DNA of 64,000 nucleotides, from NCBI GenBank assembly GCA_965372215.1, contig CBDVBK010000008.1, positions 50 through 64,049 on the forward strand. Direction: 5' to 3'. The first letter of the stretch is position 1; each line of letters opens with the position of its first letter. This DNA comes from an uncultured bacterium (lineage in GTDB: Bacteria > Fermentibacterota > Fermentibacteria > Fermentibacterales > JCC-6). Made by a program: the position numbers and the translations under genes. The notes under the pieces were generated by a model. It was not told the DNA's origin, did not search any database, and saw only the letters and a program-made list of their open reading frames with translations. Below are positions 38,110-48,324 of this stretch, in pieces.

Positions 38110-38580
38110 ATGAGCAGGTTCACAGATTCACTGATTGTCTCACCACTCTCCGATGGAAGAACATGGATAATTCTCCGCCCGTTCGGTTACGATATCGGAA
38201 AAGTGGGAAGTGGCAACACGGTTGAAGTCAAGATAGGCTTCATGACCGATTTTGCTTCAATTCCAAGATTGTTCTGGATCGTTCTGCCACGGTGGGGGAA
38301 GTATGGGAATGCCGCAGTCGTACACGACTGGCTCTACTGGAGGCAGACTCGCTCCCGAAAGGAGTCCGACAGGATAATGCTTGAGGGAATGGGAGTACTG
38401 AGAGTTCCAAAATGGCAGAAATATCCCATATATATCGCTGTTCGCACGATGGGCTGTCTTGCATGGAAGCGAAATCAATTGGATAGAAAAGCTGGCTTCA
38501 AGAGGATTCTGAAAGATTACGTGCTCAAGTCAACCGCTAAATCAAAAAGACCATCTCTGTTCAAACGAATCCTGAGCTGA
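38110..38580 (+). CDS. DUF1353 domain protein
   Basis: FMTDFASIPRLFWIVLPRWGKYGNAAVVHDWLYW matches DUF1353. Confidence 0.7.
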   Translation: MSRFTDSLIVSPLSDGRTWIILRPFGYDIGKVGSGNTVEVKIGFMTDFASIPRLFWIVLPRWGKYGNAAVVHDWLYWRQTRSRKESDRIMLEGMGVLRVPKWQKYPIYIAVRTMGCLAWKRNQLDRKAGFKRILKDYVLKSTAKSKRPSLFKRILS

Positions 38581-38616
38581 CCTTTATGCGGGGACACGCA
38601 GCAGAGCCTGCATGTC

Positions 38617-39762
38617 CTACTTTCTTTTCCAGAGGAAGCTGAGGAAATCCTCTATTTCCCTCCGTTCGGCTTCATTAATGGGTTCAATTCTATCAAACAC
38701 CCACGAACATAATTCACCGGGACCATCGAATTGATCGAGTTTACCTGCAACCAGGGCGATTACTTCCGACATCTCTTCCCTTCTCACAAGGCTCGATAGA
38801 CCGGATCCGGCTTCCTCGGTTTCAGTAAGAAGATCAGTACTTGCAACTGAATCCAGATCGACTGCTTCCGAGATTGCAATGTAGTGTTCACCTAATTGTG
38901 AAACAGAGATCCGGTATTCCAGCGCGAGTTGTCTCTGGGTAAAATGAGGTCCGTTCTTCGTAACCGCATATTCAAGAGCAGCGGCCCATATGGCAGGTTT
39001 CCTTCCGCGGGGAGTAACATTCGAACAGAAGCAGTTCCAGATATCAAGAGCCTGCCTGGCCTTCTCCCTTGAGTATCCATGGAGTTCCAGCATTCCACTT
39101 ACCATTCCTGCAACCAGATCTTCGATTGGAAGGTCATAATGATGGAGGGCTCTTCGTTTAAGGCTGACTCTGAGAGATTCTATTCGAAGAAGTGTATGTT
39201 CGATCCTCTCATCCTGCGGAGCAAGCTCCTTTGCCTGAAGAAGGAGGTGGAGGCTTTCTTCAATGTGCCCGGTCTTGGCTTCCAGCATGGCCAGATAAGT
39301 AAGTGTTGCTGGTATACGGTACTTCTCCCTGCGAGCTGTTGCCAGCAGAAGGCGCTGAGCTTCTTCATCGTTGTTAAGCATCAGATGAACAAGCCCTAGT
39401 TTTCTACGGGCATCAAGATCCTCCGGCAGGATATCCAGATACTCTTCCAGTGCTTCCCTGGCTTGCTCGAACCATTCGAGTTTGAGATAAACATCGGATG
39501 TAAGCAATAGTCCGGCAGGACCGGGAACACCATGCCATTGGAACTTTGAAAGCCTCAGAGCCGCTTCTCTGGAGCGTCCTTCATCAAGGTCAAGCTGGCT
39601 GAGATTGAGGTTTGCCAGATCCTCATCAGATGTTCCGTGCACCGAGGGATCGGCAAGAAGTCTTTCCAGGCTTTCTCTTGCCATGTCATGATTATTCTCT
39701 ATTCTGGCTTTTTCAACCTGTTTCCAGAGCCAGTCAATTTTGTCATCAGATGGCTCGGTCAA
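38617..39762 (-). CDS. TPR-repeat protein
   Basis: Repeated 34-residue helical TPR-like units. Confidence 0.55.
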   Translation of the reverse strand: MTEPSDDKIDWLWKQVEKARIENNHDMARESLERLLADPSVHGTSDEDLANLNLSQLDLDEGRSREAALRLSKFQWHGVPGPAGLLLTSDVYLKLEWFEQAREALEEYLDILPEDLDARRKLGLVHLMLNNDEEAQRLLLATARREKYRIPATLTYLAMLEAKTGHIEESLHLLLQAKELAPQDERIEHTLLRIESLRVSLKRRALHHYDLPIEDLVAGMVSGMLELHGYSREKARQALDIWNCFCSNVTPRGRKPAIWAAALEYAVTKNGPHFTQRQLALEYRISVSQLGEHYIAISEAVDLDSVASTDLLTETEEAGSGLSSLVRREEMSEVIALVAGKLDQFDGPGELCSWVFDRIEPINEAERREIEDFLSFLWKRK

Positions 39763-39764
39763 AA

Positions 39765-42700
39765 TTAGTCCTCCTTCGTGACAGCGAGTATTCCGGTCAC
39801 AGCAACAGTTCTGCTGAAAACCGAAGATCCAAGAGCATTTGCCTCTATTCTGTAAATATATGAACCGGAGGCAATAGAATCACCGTCATGGTCAAAACCG
39901 TTCCAGAGAATCTGATTGTAACCCTGAACGCAGGTAGTGGATAATTCCTCTATCTTCGTTCCTGAAACCGTGAATATGGATACGCTTATTTCTGAATCCT
40001 CGGATACTCTGAAACTGAAGCATCTTTGCCCGCATCCGGGATTGGGATATACAAGAGCTTCGGTGATGCTGAGGTCCTGTTCTTCCAGAATGCTGAGATT
40101 CAGCGTATCCCGTGAACTGTTTCCAACACCGTCAATACTCCAGAGAATAATGCTATGCTCTCCTGGAGAAAGCTCTTCTATGTCATATGTGAGTCTGCCG
40201 CTTGTGGAACTCCCCCGGTGGTAGGAGAACCAGGTGCTCACATCACTTCCATTACCATCTATGAAAAGACTGAGCTGCCTTCCTGAACCGCCAAGAAGGC
40301 AGATCCCGCTGGAATCGCTTATCTCAGCTTCCAGCGTTATGTCCCCCGTTACTTCCGGATGTTCAACTCCATCGTAACCCCTGAGCCACATGGTGACATC
40401 CGGACCTTCCAGATCATTTCCGGAGGGTTGGCCTTCGATCAGAATGGTCGGGTCCTGAGCTCCACATAGATCAGCCTCACCTGAGAGAACAGTTGCAGCC
40501 ACCCGTGCGAGATCACCGGTCGTTGATTGCATGGGAATAAAGCAGTCGTGCTCAAACCCTCCGTTGCTGACGGTCTCCGTTCCCCTGAAGGCTGTACCTC
40601 CGTACTTGAGGTATTCAATTAATGAATCTCCGAGACAGATGTAGGTCGTGTACCAGGAAGACTCGAGAATTTCAAGAAAAGTCAATCCATCCTGCTGGAA
40701 TCCGCTTCCTGTTATACTGTTGAACTCTCCGCTTCTGAGTGTGTCACCGTTCACCGAGACAGATCCGTCAGGTTCAGGAATAGGAAGAGGCAATTCAGGA
40801 TAACCGAACATGATATAGAACTTGTTGTTCGACTGGTATATATTAGGCAGGGCAAGTTTTGACTGCCATACGGCATCCCCGACGTTCAGCCCGGGATTGT
40901 TTGTGAGCGAATCGATGACACTTCTGAAATAGGTGTAGTTATTGTTTCCGTGAGTTCCTCTGGTCCCGGCAACAGATGAAATACACCCGCCTGCAGGTTG
41001 AGTTACAACTGCTTCACCTATTGCGTCGGTGCCAGGATTATCGAATTGTCCCACATCGCAGGTCGACCAGAATGACACCGGCAGTCTTGATCCGTTTGTC
41101 ATTCTGCCTACATCCTCGGACAGCATCATTTTCTCATGCGCTATCTGACCGGGGGAGCCATGACCCATATATATAATGAACGCGAATCCCTGATTGAATG
41201 TTTCAATAAAACTTTCCCTTGCCTCCGGTTTGTCAGGATGAGGGCCTTCGGGTGGCCATGATCCGGGAGGCCATGGATACTCTATGAGGTAGAACTTCTC
41301 TCTGTCTATGTGCCTTGGAAGGACTTCCTCAGCGATGTGTTCAGTATCATTCGTATGATCGGCTTCGTTCTGTGATAAGCCCTTACCCCATTCGTCATCG
41401 GCTACAAGAAGAACTCTGTTCATCCATGTGCCGCGGTTCTGACCGTTCGAGTAAGCAAGCAGTTTTGCTGTACACGTTCCCAGCTCTGACAGATTGTCAA
41501 CCGGCATTCGCGCAATTGGAATCTCCGGCAGAACGGAGTTCTCATGAGTCATGACGTATAGATCATCCAGGCAGTTCACTTGAGAAGAACCAAGTAATAT
41601 CCAGGGCGGGATCATCACAGGTTGGGTAGTCGCAAATCCCAGGATATCATAGTGCCCGTCACCTGTGAGAATTACTCCTTCCAGCCCGGAAGACCAGCTG
41701 TCAATTCCCCATCGCACGGCTGATCTTATCGCACCGGGGTCGGCAACTCCCTGTCCGAATTCATCATATATTTCGGAAGTTACAGCAACAACAGGACTGT
41801 TCCCGTCCTCACTGCTCAGCGTGACCATTCCCCATACACCATCGTAAAGCGATGGATGTACAATGAAAAGTCTGTCACCGTCAGTAACCGTTCCAACAAG
41901 CCTTCCGGGGTCGGCGGATCTTATGGAATCAGGTGAAAGCCAATCTCCGGAATCCATGAGAATGAAAACACTGGAACTATCGACATCAAAAGAAAAATCC
42001 AGCCGATCCTCACTGTAACCGGTGCCGGTCAGAAAGAGTGGAGCATCAAAACTCGATATATCGAATACACTGCAGTCAGAGGAGACATCAGTGACCTGGA
42101 AATTGTACCTGCCGATCATCTCTCTTGAAGGGAATAACTGCGTTCCGGATACATTTCCCGGAAGCGCAGGATACTCGACATGTACTGACACAAGCCCCAA
42201 TGTGCCATCACCCGCATCTTCAACGAATCTTATTTCCAGAGAACAAGACCCTGACAGAAGCAGGTCTTTAATCAGGAACAGTTGTTCGCCTGAGCCGTAC
42301 CATGAATCGGTAAGAATTTCTGTTCCATTAAGATACAATGCCACTGAATGTAACTGAGAACTGTTCATACAAAGAGTGACTTCCAGACTGCTTCGTTCAC
42401 CGGCACTCTCCACCTGGAATGGCACTGTAATGCTCCCGCCTTCCTCTACGGTTTCCCATAACCAGCCGGTGTGCGTTTCTATTGCAGGGCTCCAGATGTG
42501 CTCCTCCCGCAACCAGATATCAGATCGTATACTCTCTCCCCATTCGGGTGAAGCATCAGGATCTCCTGGGATCGAACCCGTTCGAAGACCATCCTCGCCG
42601 CCCCATGTAAGCCAGTATACATTGTGAGTCGCATACCTGTGCTGAAGTCTGTTGAGTTCTTCATCAGCCAATTCCCATCGGCTGAGTCCTCTTCCGATGA

Positions 42701-43544
42701 ATTCTATTGTGTCTTCCTGATTAAAAACTCCATCACCGTTCTGATCAATAACGGTAAAAGCAACTTCTGAAAGATTGTGTTCCTCGTCAGGCTCCAGACT
42801 GAACATTCTGCCGGGACCCGTGAACAACCTGAGTGAGGAGGAAGGAGATCCGACAGCTTCACAACCGGAATTCTGCAGATCACTGCCGGAAATGGTATAA
42901 CCTCCGGTTTCCTCAATGGAAATTCTTGCCCACGGTCTGCCCCAGAAGATATCATCAACCGAAGCGTCATAGCTATCAGGCCAGTAGTATGAACCGGCTG
43001 GAGCAACAAGCCTCAGAAGGCGGTTGCGCTCTACCGGTACTCCTCCGGGAACCGGTCGCCAGGAAATTTGAAGTTCTATTCTGGACGCGAAAGTACCGGC
43101 ATCTGAACCTGCTATCGGATAAACGCTGACCATTGCGACCTGAGAACCGGCAACGGGAATAACTCCTTCAAGGACAACATGGGTATCTACCGCTGATCGC
43201 GGCTCTGCAGGGATTTCTCTGGTTTCAAGCCCGTCTCCCACCAGAACAGGTGTTCTGGCCTGTTCCCCTTCCATACCTGTGGATCTGTATCCTGAAGCAT
43301 TGAAATGAAGTAAAGGGGTCGCACCTGGAGGAACTGGAATCAATAGAGTGACAGCGGGGCGTACGGGTTCTCCGGCGAAACTTCTTAATCCCGCATTTTC
43401 AAATACTGTATAACTGCCATATTCAGTCGTGACTATTTCCGGATTATTGAAAGTTAAAACTGCGGAATAGCTGCTCGCAGGATCAACAGACTGAGAAAGT
43501 GAGAACTGAGAAATAAGAGTACAAAAGAATAATACCGAAATCAT
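39765..43544 (-). CDS. Gingipain-like peptidase C25 with T9SS C-terminal sorting domain, paralog A
   Basis: Signal peptide MISVLFFCTLISQFSLS. C25 catalytic region (YIMGHGSPG, FWSTCDVGQFD) and a C-terminal Ig-like sorting domain. Start set at the internal Met, which gives an ATGA overlap with cobB. Confidence 0.8.
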   Translation of the reverse strand: MISVLFFCTLISQFSLSQSVDPASSYSAVLTFNNPEIVTTEYGSYTVFENAGLRSFAGEPVRPAVTLLIPVPPGATPLLHFNASGYRSTGMEGEQARTPVLVGDGLETREIPAEPRSAVDTHVVLEGVIPVAGSQVAMVSVYPIAGSDAGTFASRIELQISWRPVPGGVPVERNRLLRLVAPAGSYYWPDSYDASVDDIFWGRPWARISIEETGGYTISGSDLQNSGCEAVGSPSSSLRLFTGPGRMFSLEPDEEHNLSEVAFTVIDQNGDGVFNQEDTIEFIGRGLSRWELADEELNRLQHRYATHNVYWLTWGGEDGLRTGSIPGDPDASPEWGESIRSDIWLREEHIWSPAIETHTGWLWETVEEGGSITVPFQVESAGERSSLEVTLCMNSSQLHSVALYLNGTEILTDSWYGSGEQLFLIKDLLLSGSCSLEIRFVEDAGDGTLGLVSVHVEYPALPGNVSGTQLFPSREMIGRYNFQVTDVSSDCSVFDISSFDAPLFLTGTGYSEDRLDFSFDVDSSSVFILMDSGDWLSPDSIRSADPGRLVGTVTDGDRLFIVHPSLYDGVWGMVTLSSEDGNSPVVAVTSEIYDEFGQGVADPGAIRSAVRWGIDSWSSGLEGVILTGDGHYDILGFATTQPVMIPPWILLGSSQVNCLDDLYVMTHENSVLPEIPIARMPVDNLSELGTCTAKLLAYSNGQNRGTWMNRVLLVADDEWGKGLSQNEADHTNDTEHIAEEVLPRHIDREKFYLIEYPWPPGSWPPEGPHPDKPEARESFIETFNQGFAFIIYMGHGSPGQIAHEKMMLSEDVGRMTNGSRLPVSFWSTCDVGQFDNPGTDAIGEAVVTQPAGGCISSVAGTRGTHGNNNYTYFRSVIDSLTNNPGLNVGDAVWQSKLALPNIYQSNNKFYIMFGYPELPLPIPEPDGSVSVNGDTLRSGEFNSITGSGFQQDGLTFLEILESSWYTTYICLGDSLIEYLKYGGTAFRGTETVSNGGFEHDCFIPMQSTTGDLARVAATVLSGEADLCGAQDPTILIEGQPSGNDLEGPDVTMWLRGYDGVEHPEVTGDITLEAEISDSSGICLLGGSGRQLSLFIDGNGSDVSTWFSYHRGSSTSGRLTYDIEELSPGEHSIILWSIDGVGNSSRDTLNLSILEEQDLSITEALVYPNPGCGQRCFSFRVSEDSEISVSIFTVSGTKIEELSTTCVQGYNQILWNGFDHDGDSIASGSYIYRIEANALGSSVFSRTVAVTGILAVTKED

Positions 43545-44311
43545 CTGAGTGATACCCCCTCTATCAGAAGCGGAAGAACCTGCCCTGCTGCTCCATGAAT
43601 ACTTATTACTCCGGTCAGAGAAGTAAGAGGTGTTTCTTCCGGATTTATCTCGATTACCGGCTTTCCCCTGCGAAGAACGCACAAGGGGAGAGAACTTGCC
43701 GGATAAACAAGCATGGATGTTCCGACAACAAGCATAAGATCACAGCTTTCAGCGAGGTTGAACGCTTTCCTCATTGCCTTCTCGGGAAGCTGTTCTCCGA
43801 AAAGCACCACATCGGGCCTGAGTATGCTTCCGCATGAACAGCGAGGTGGAAGACTCTCAAACAGTTCCTTGGTAATTGGAATCGGCGGTGCTCCGCATCC
43901 GTTCATGCATGAAGCGGTTCTGAGGTTGCCGTGAAGTTCTGTTACGTCTGTCAGCCCGGCCTTCTGAAGAAGCCCGTCAACGTTCTGCGTTACCACCGGC
44001 AATCTCCCGATTCGCTCCTGAAGCTGTACAAGAGCGTAATAGCCCGCGTGGGGCTGAATATCATCGTATGCTTTCAGCCTTTCTCCATACCATTCCCAAA
44101 CCAGTTCGGGATCTTTCCTGAGACCCTCCGGGGAAGCAAGATCCTCCGCCCTGTATTCGCGCCAGTAGCCATCCTCACCGCGAAAAGTTCTGACTCCGCT
44201 CTCGCTTGACATCCCGGCTCCGGTGGAAACAACAGGCATCTCCGCTTCTGCGAGCATTTCTATGGTTTCATCGATTAATTTCTCTGAAGACAGGTCTATA
44301 ATCTTTCTCAT
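43541..44311 (-). CDS. cobB: NAD-dependent protein deacylase, Sir2 family
   Basis: GAGMSSESGVRTFRG; QNVDGL; zinc ribbon CMNGC...CSCG; HG. Confidence 0.9.
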   Translation of the reverse strand: MRKIIDLSSEKLIDETIEMLAEAEMPVVSTGAGMSSESGVRTFRGEDGYWREYRAEDLASPEGLRKDPELVWEWYGERLKAYDDIQPHAGYYALVQLQERIGRLPVVTQNVDGLLQKAGLTDVTELHGNLRTASCMNGCGAPPIPITKELFESLPPRCSCGSILRPDVVLFGEQLPEKAMRKAFNLAESCDLMLVVGTSMLVYPASSLPLCVLRRGKPVIEINPEETPLTSLTGVISIHGAAGQVLPLLIEGVSLR

Positions 44312-47300
44312 AAGGCTGATTGACGAATGACAGCAAGAACATCAGTGACCGAGCTTGAGGCGCCCTCATAGTCGGAAAATTCAATTCTGAAGATGTAAGC
44401 TCCCGAAGCGAGTTCATCGCCGTCGGTATCCAGGCCATCCCAGATAATCTGATTGTATCCCTCTCCGCAGGACACTGTCCTTCTCCATATCGCTCTACCG
44501 GAAACCGTATAAACCGCTATTCCGGCTGTGCCTGATGTTGCGGTTTCAAAGTTGAAACAGCGTTGCCCTGATCCCGGATTGGGATACACGAAAACGGAAG
44601 AAAGAAGTTCAGCTGATAATCCTGTAATCGTGAAATCAAGAGTGTCTCGTGTTGAATTGCCCATGCCGTCCCATACAACCAGGATAATCCTGTGTGGTCC
44701 CTCCGCCAGCTCGGGAATGGCGTATTCTATATCGCCATGAGTATGGCTGTCAGGTCGATATGTGAAGTACCGGCTGATATCGAAACCCTGCGAATCCAGA
44801 CTCATCAGTATTGAGCGTCCGGCACCGCCACCCATTGAGCAGATACCGCTGGAATCAGAGACAGAGGCTCTGAGTACAGCATTTCTGTGTAAAACAGGAT
44901 TCTCTTCTCCTCTGTGTCCCTCAATCCATAATTCAAGTTCAGGCGGCAGAGAGTCATCAGCGTAGATCCCGTTATCCACAACAGAAACCCATTCGTGGAA
45001 CGCGACTTCTGCAAACGCATTCGAAATTCCAACAGCGCTCCCGCGAGCGAATGATCCGGTATCGGCCTGAACGGGCATGAAGAACGGAACGGAAAACATT
45101 CCTTCGGCTCCTGTGACCAAACCCTGGTAGACACTGGATCCGTAACGGAGATACTGTATTATTCTTGTCCCACCGATAGTGGTGTATTCTGTCTCTCTGC
45201 CGCTTTCAGAGATATTCAGAAATGCCGCAGAGCTGTTTCGAAGTGATCCGCTGACAGTGTTGATCACACCCCGGTTAAGAGAATCTCCGGATACTTCAAA
45301 ACTGCAACCCTCAGAAGAGGGAAACACCGGACATACTCCACCGTCTCCGAAAAATACATAATAACGGCTGTAACTATAACCCGTTCCAATTGAAACTTTT
45401 GCCAGCCATAGTACCGTTCCCGCACTCAGATCATCTCCGCTGAAGAGTTTTGCATAATAGTCACTGAATAAGAGTGTATTAGTAGTGGACATTGTTCCCC
45501 GTGTTGCCGCTATCGAGGCTATAGATCCTCCCCCGGCCTTCAATGCGAATTCCTCGGCCATACAGTCGGCGGAAATCATGTCGAAATGCCCGACATCACA
45601 GGTCGCGAAGATCATTAAGGGCTGGCGCCCTTCATTATTTATCCTCTGGACATCACTTGATAAAAGCAATTTCTCCTGGGCAATCTGGCCATAGGAACCA
45701 TGCCCGAAGTAGATCATGTTCGCGTATCCCGAAGTCAGTTCCTCTACGAGATCTTCCCTCGCCAACGGCTTTTCGGGGTGCAGTCCTTCCGTAGAAGTGC
45801 CGGGAGGCCAGGGATATTCGATCAGGTAGAATTTCACCCTGTCAAGGCTTTTCGGAAGAATTGAATCGGCAAGGATCTCACAGGCCGATGTGTGAGCGTA
45901 TTCATTCTCCGCGAATCTATTCCAATCATCATCAGCGGTCAGAAGAATTCTGTTTGTCCACTGACCGGAAGGTTCCGCTAATTCGTACAGCATGAGTTTG
46001 GAGAGATATGCGGCCAGTTCGGAAGGTGAGGAAACCGAAATTCTCGACAGCGGGGTTTCTGGATACTCTCCCTCATCGTGAGCTATTACATAGAAGTCAT
46101 CGATATTGTATCCATTAACGCCGGTCAGTTCGATATATGCCGGAATAAATGTCGGCGTGGATGTTACATGCATCAGCGGATCGTACGAGCCGTCCCCAAC
46201 AAGCACGAGAGCCTGCGCGGGTTCGTCCCATGAATCCTGAGTGTACCTGAAAAATGATCTTATCGCTCCGGGATCCCGCAGCCCCTGACCGAATTCATCG
46301 TATACCTCACCGGCGGTGACAGTGACGGCGGATAAACCTCTCATACCGTAAATGGTCTCAAGCGGTTCAACGGCTTCGAGCAGTTCATCTGCCACAACGA
46401 AAGCTATATCACCCTGAATCCCGGTTCCTATTATCCGCCCCGGCTCGGCCGGCAGTAAGGAGTCAGGAGACAGGTACTCATCAGTTCCTGTGAGCCACAG
46501 TTCGGACCCTGGCCCGACTTCAAGCGATACATTGAGCAGTCCGCCCACGATACTGCCCTTCAGCCTTTTTATGTCGAATGGATTCGAGATATCCAGAAGG
46601 CTGTACGAGTCCGCTGCGCCCCCAAATGAGAAGTTGTACCGTCCTTGAGCAATATCGATGAAGCGGAGTAATCGCCCCGCGGCGTAAGACAGGCGCCGGG
46701 GGTAATCAGCCTGGAAGTAATTGAAATATACTGTTCCGGGGTCGTTCAGGGTGGTCAATTTCAGCAGGTTCATGGAAGGATCAAGAGTAAGCCCCTCGAA
46801 TGTGAATATTTCTTCACCTCGTCCATAAAAGGATGTATCGGCAATCAAATCACCGTTTAGCTGAATTGAAACGTCGTGATCACCATTGGAGGTTGAGATC
46901 AGGGAAATGGCCAGCCTGCCGTCTCCGTCAACTGATGAACTTGAGAAATAGAAATAGCCTGGGATGTTCTCGTAAAGCATCGACCATACCCAACCGGTAC
47001 TTTTCTCATAACCTCCGGCCCAGATATAATCCTGTTCCTGCCAGAGACTGTGCAGAAGGCTGTCGCCCCATTCCGGAGACCCGTCAGGTGTCGCGTCAAG
47101 AGTATCCATTCTCAGGCCGTTTTCAGCTCCCCATGTAAGCCAGTAGACATTATGGGTCGCATAGCGGTGATGAAGCCTTTCATATTCTTTATCGAATTCA
47201 TTGAAAGCATATCTGTTAAGATCATAGGCGAAGAACCTGAGAGTATCGGATTGGTCGAATATTCCGTCCCCTCCGTCATCTACCTCTATTGCAATTTCGC

Positions 47301-48087
47301 TCAGTGAATGCTCTTCTCCGAAATCCATGATATCGAACTGTGTTCCGGGTCCGGCGAACATCCGAAGAGAGCTTGATGGAACACCGGTTACATCACACCC
47401 GGCCTGAGCAAACTCGTCGCCGGTTACTGAATAAAAACCGGTAGATGAGATGGCTATTCTAACCCATGGAAGTCCCCAGAACGGGCTTGAAGCCCGTGTA
47501 GTGGAATTCGGCCAGTAAATGAGGGAGGGAAGACAGAGCGCGCTGAGAAGCGGATTGTCTATCTCGCGGCTTCCACTTCTGGACGGCCATTCAAGCCGAA
47601 TATTCAACTCAGAAGGAATTCTTGAATTGTCCCCCGACGCAAATGGCGAAACGGTTACAGCGGCAACGGTTGTTCCGGCAATATGCATTGTTTCAAGTTC
47701 AGCATAGTCACCGCGAATGCCGGAAGGTGTAACAGCAGGAATAATCCATTCGGTGTTCAGACCGGAACCGGTCGGAACCGGTGTAACCATGAATGGACCC
47801 GGCAGCTCAACTCTCTGGAAATCTCCCGGTATACATGTAATGACAGGTTCGCATCCGGGTGGAATGGGTATGAAATACGTTCTGACAGGAATTACATATT
47901 CTCCCTCTGTATGGGATAATCCCATTCCATGTATGGTAGGATACCAGTACTCGTCGTATTTATGAAATTCAGGTTCACCAATAACTACTGAAAATGAGCA
48001 TCCGGTCGGACCGGAGTAATCAATAGAAACAATGTCTGATTGAAGCCGCATATTCAGTGTGCATAAAACCAATAATAACTGAAGCAA
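44308..48087 (-). CDS. Gingipain-like peptidase C25 with T9SS C-terminal sorting domain, paralog B
   Basis: TTG start with AAAGGAG 6 nt upstream. C25 catalytic region (YFGHGSYGQ, FATCDVGHFD). C-terminal sorting domain similar to paralog A (…YIFRIEFSD…). Confidence 0.8.
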   Translation of the reverse strand: MLQLLLVLCTLNMRLQSDIVSIDYSGPTGCSFSVVIGEPEFHKYDEYWYPTIHGMGLSHTEGEYVIPVRTYFIPIPPGCEPVITCIPGDFQRVELPGPFMVTPVPTGSGLNTEWIIPAVTPSGIRGDYAELETMHIAGTTVAAVTVSPFASGDNSRIPSELNIRLEWPSRSGSREIDNPLLSALCLPSLIYWPNSTTRASSPFWGLPWVRIAISSTGFYSVTGDEFAQAGCDVTGVPSSSLRMFAGPGTQFDIMDFGEEHSLSEIAIEVDDGGDGIFDQSDTLRFFAYDLNRYAFNEFDKEYERLHHRYATHNVYWLTWGAENGLRMDTLDATPDGSPEWGDSLLHSLWQEQDYIWAGGYEKSTGWVWSMLYENIPGYFYFSSSSVDGDGRLAISLISTSNGDHDVSIQLNGDLIADTSFYGRGEEIFTFEGLTLDPSMNLLKLTTLNDPGTVYFNYFQADYPRRLSYAAGRLLRFIDIAQGRYNFSFGGAADSYSLLDISNPFDIKRLKGSIVGGLLNVSLEVGPGSELWLTGTDEYLSPDSLLPAEPGRIIGTGIQGDIAFVVADELLEAVEPLETIYGMRGLSAVTVTAGEVYDEFGQGLRDPGAIRSFFRYTQDSWDEPAQALVLVGDGSYDPLMHVTSTPTFIPAYIELTGVNGYNIDDFYVIAHDEGEYPETPLSRISVSSPSELAAYLSKLMLYELAEPSGQWTNRILLTADDDWNRFAENEYAHTSACEILADSILPKSLDRVKFYLIEYPWPPGTSTEGLHPEKPLAREDLVEELTSGYANMIYFGHGSYGQIAQEKLLLSSDVQRINNEGRQPLMIFATCDVGHFDMISADCMAEEFALKAGGGSIASIAATRGTMSTTNTLLFSDYYAKLFSGDDLSAGTVLWLAKVSIGTGYSYSRYYVFFGDGGVCPVFPSSEGCSFEVSGDSLNRGVINTVSGSLRNSSAAFLNISESGRETEYTTIGGTRIIQYLRYGSSVYQGLVTGAEGMFSVPFFMPVQADTGSFARGSAVGISNAFAEVAFHEWVSVVDNGIYADDSLPPELELWIEGHRGEENPVLHRNAVLRASVSDSSGICSMGGGAGRSILMSLDSQGFDISRYFTYRPDSHTHGDIEYAIPELAEGPHRIILVVWDGMGNSTRDTLDFTITGLSAELLSSVFVYPNPGSGQRCFNFETATSGTAGIAVYTVSGRAIWRRTVSCGEGYNQIIWDGLDTDGDELASGAYIFRIEFSDYEGASSSVTDVLAVIRQSAL

Positions 48088-48324
48088 TTTCAGCTCCTTT
48101 CAGTATGGGAAACTACTTAATACTGAACATACGGCGCAAGGTGTCAGGATGAACGAATATAACTCCGGTTCTCAGGATATGTTCCCGCTCATTGTATCTC
48201 GCTTTCGAAGCATGGATGATGGTACTTCATATAAAGTATATACAACCTGATTGGATTTCGTCAGGCTGTTTCATCATATCTCTATCGAATACTTCCACCA
48301 GCTGTTTAACTTCATCCGGTGCTT

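Noticed and set aside
43541-44311. Sir2 gene as a defence-type SIR2 (Thoeris, DSR or SIR2-HerA)
   Set aside because: It has the classic CobB architecture with a Cys4 zinc ribbon and GAGxS NAD pocket, is only 256 aa, and has no partner TIR/HerA or other effector gene.
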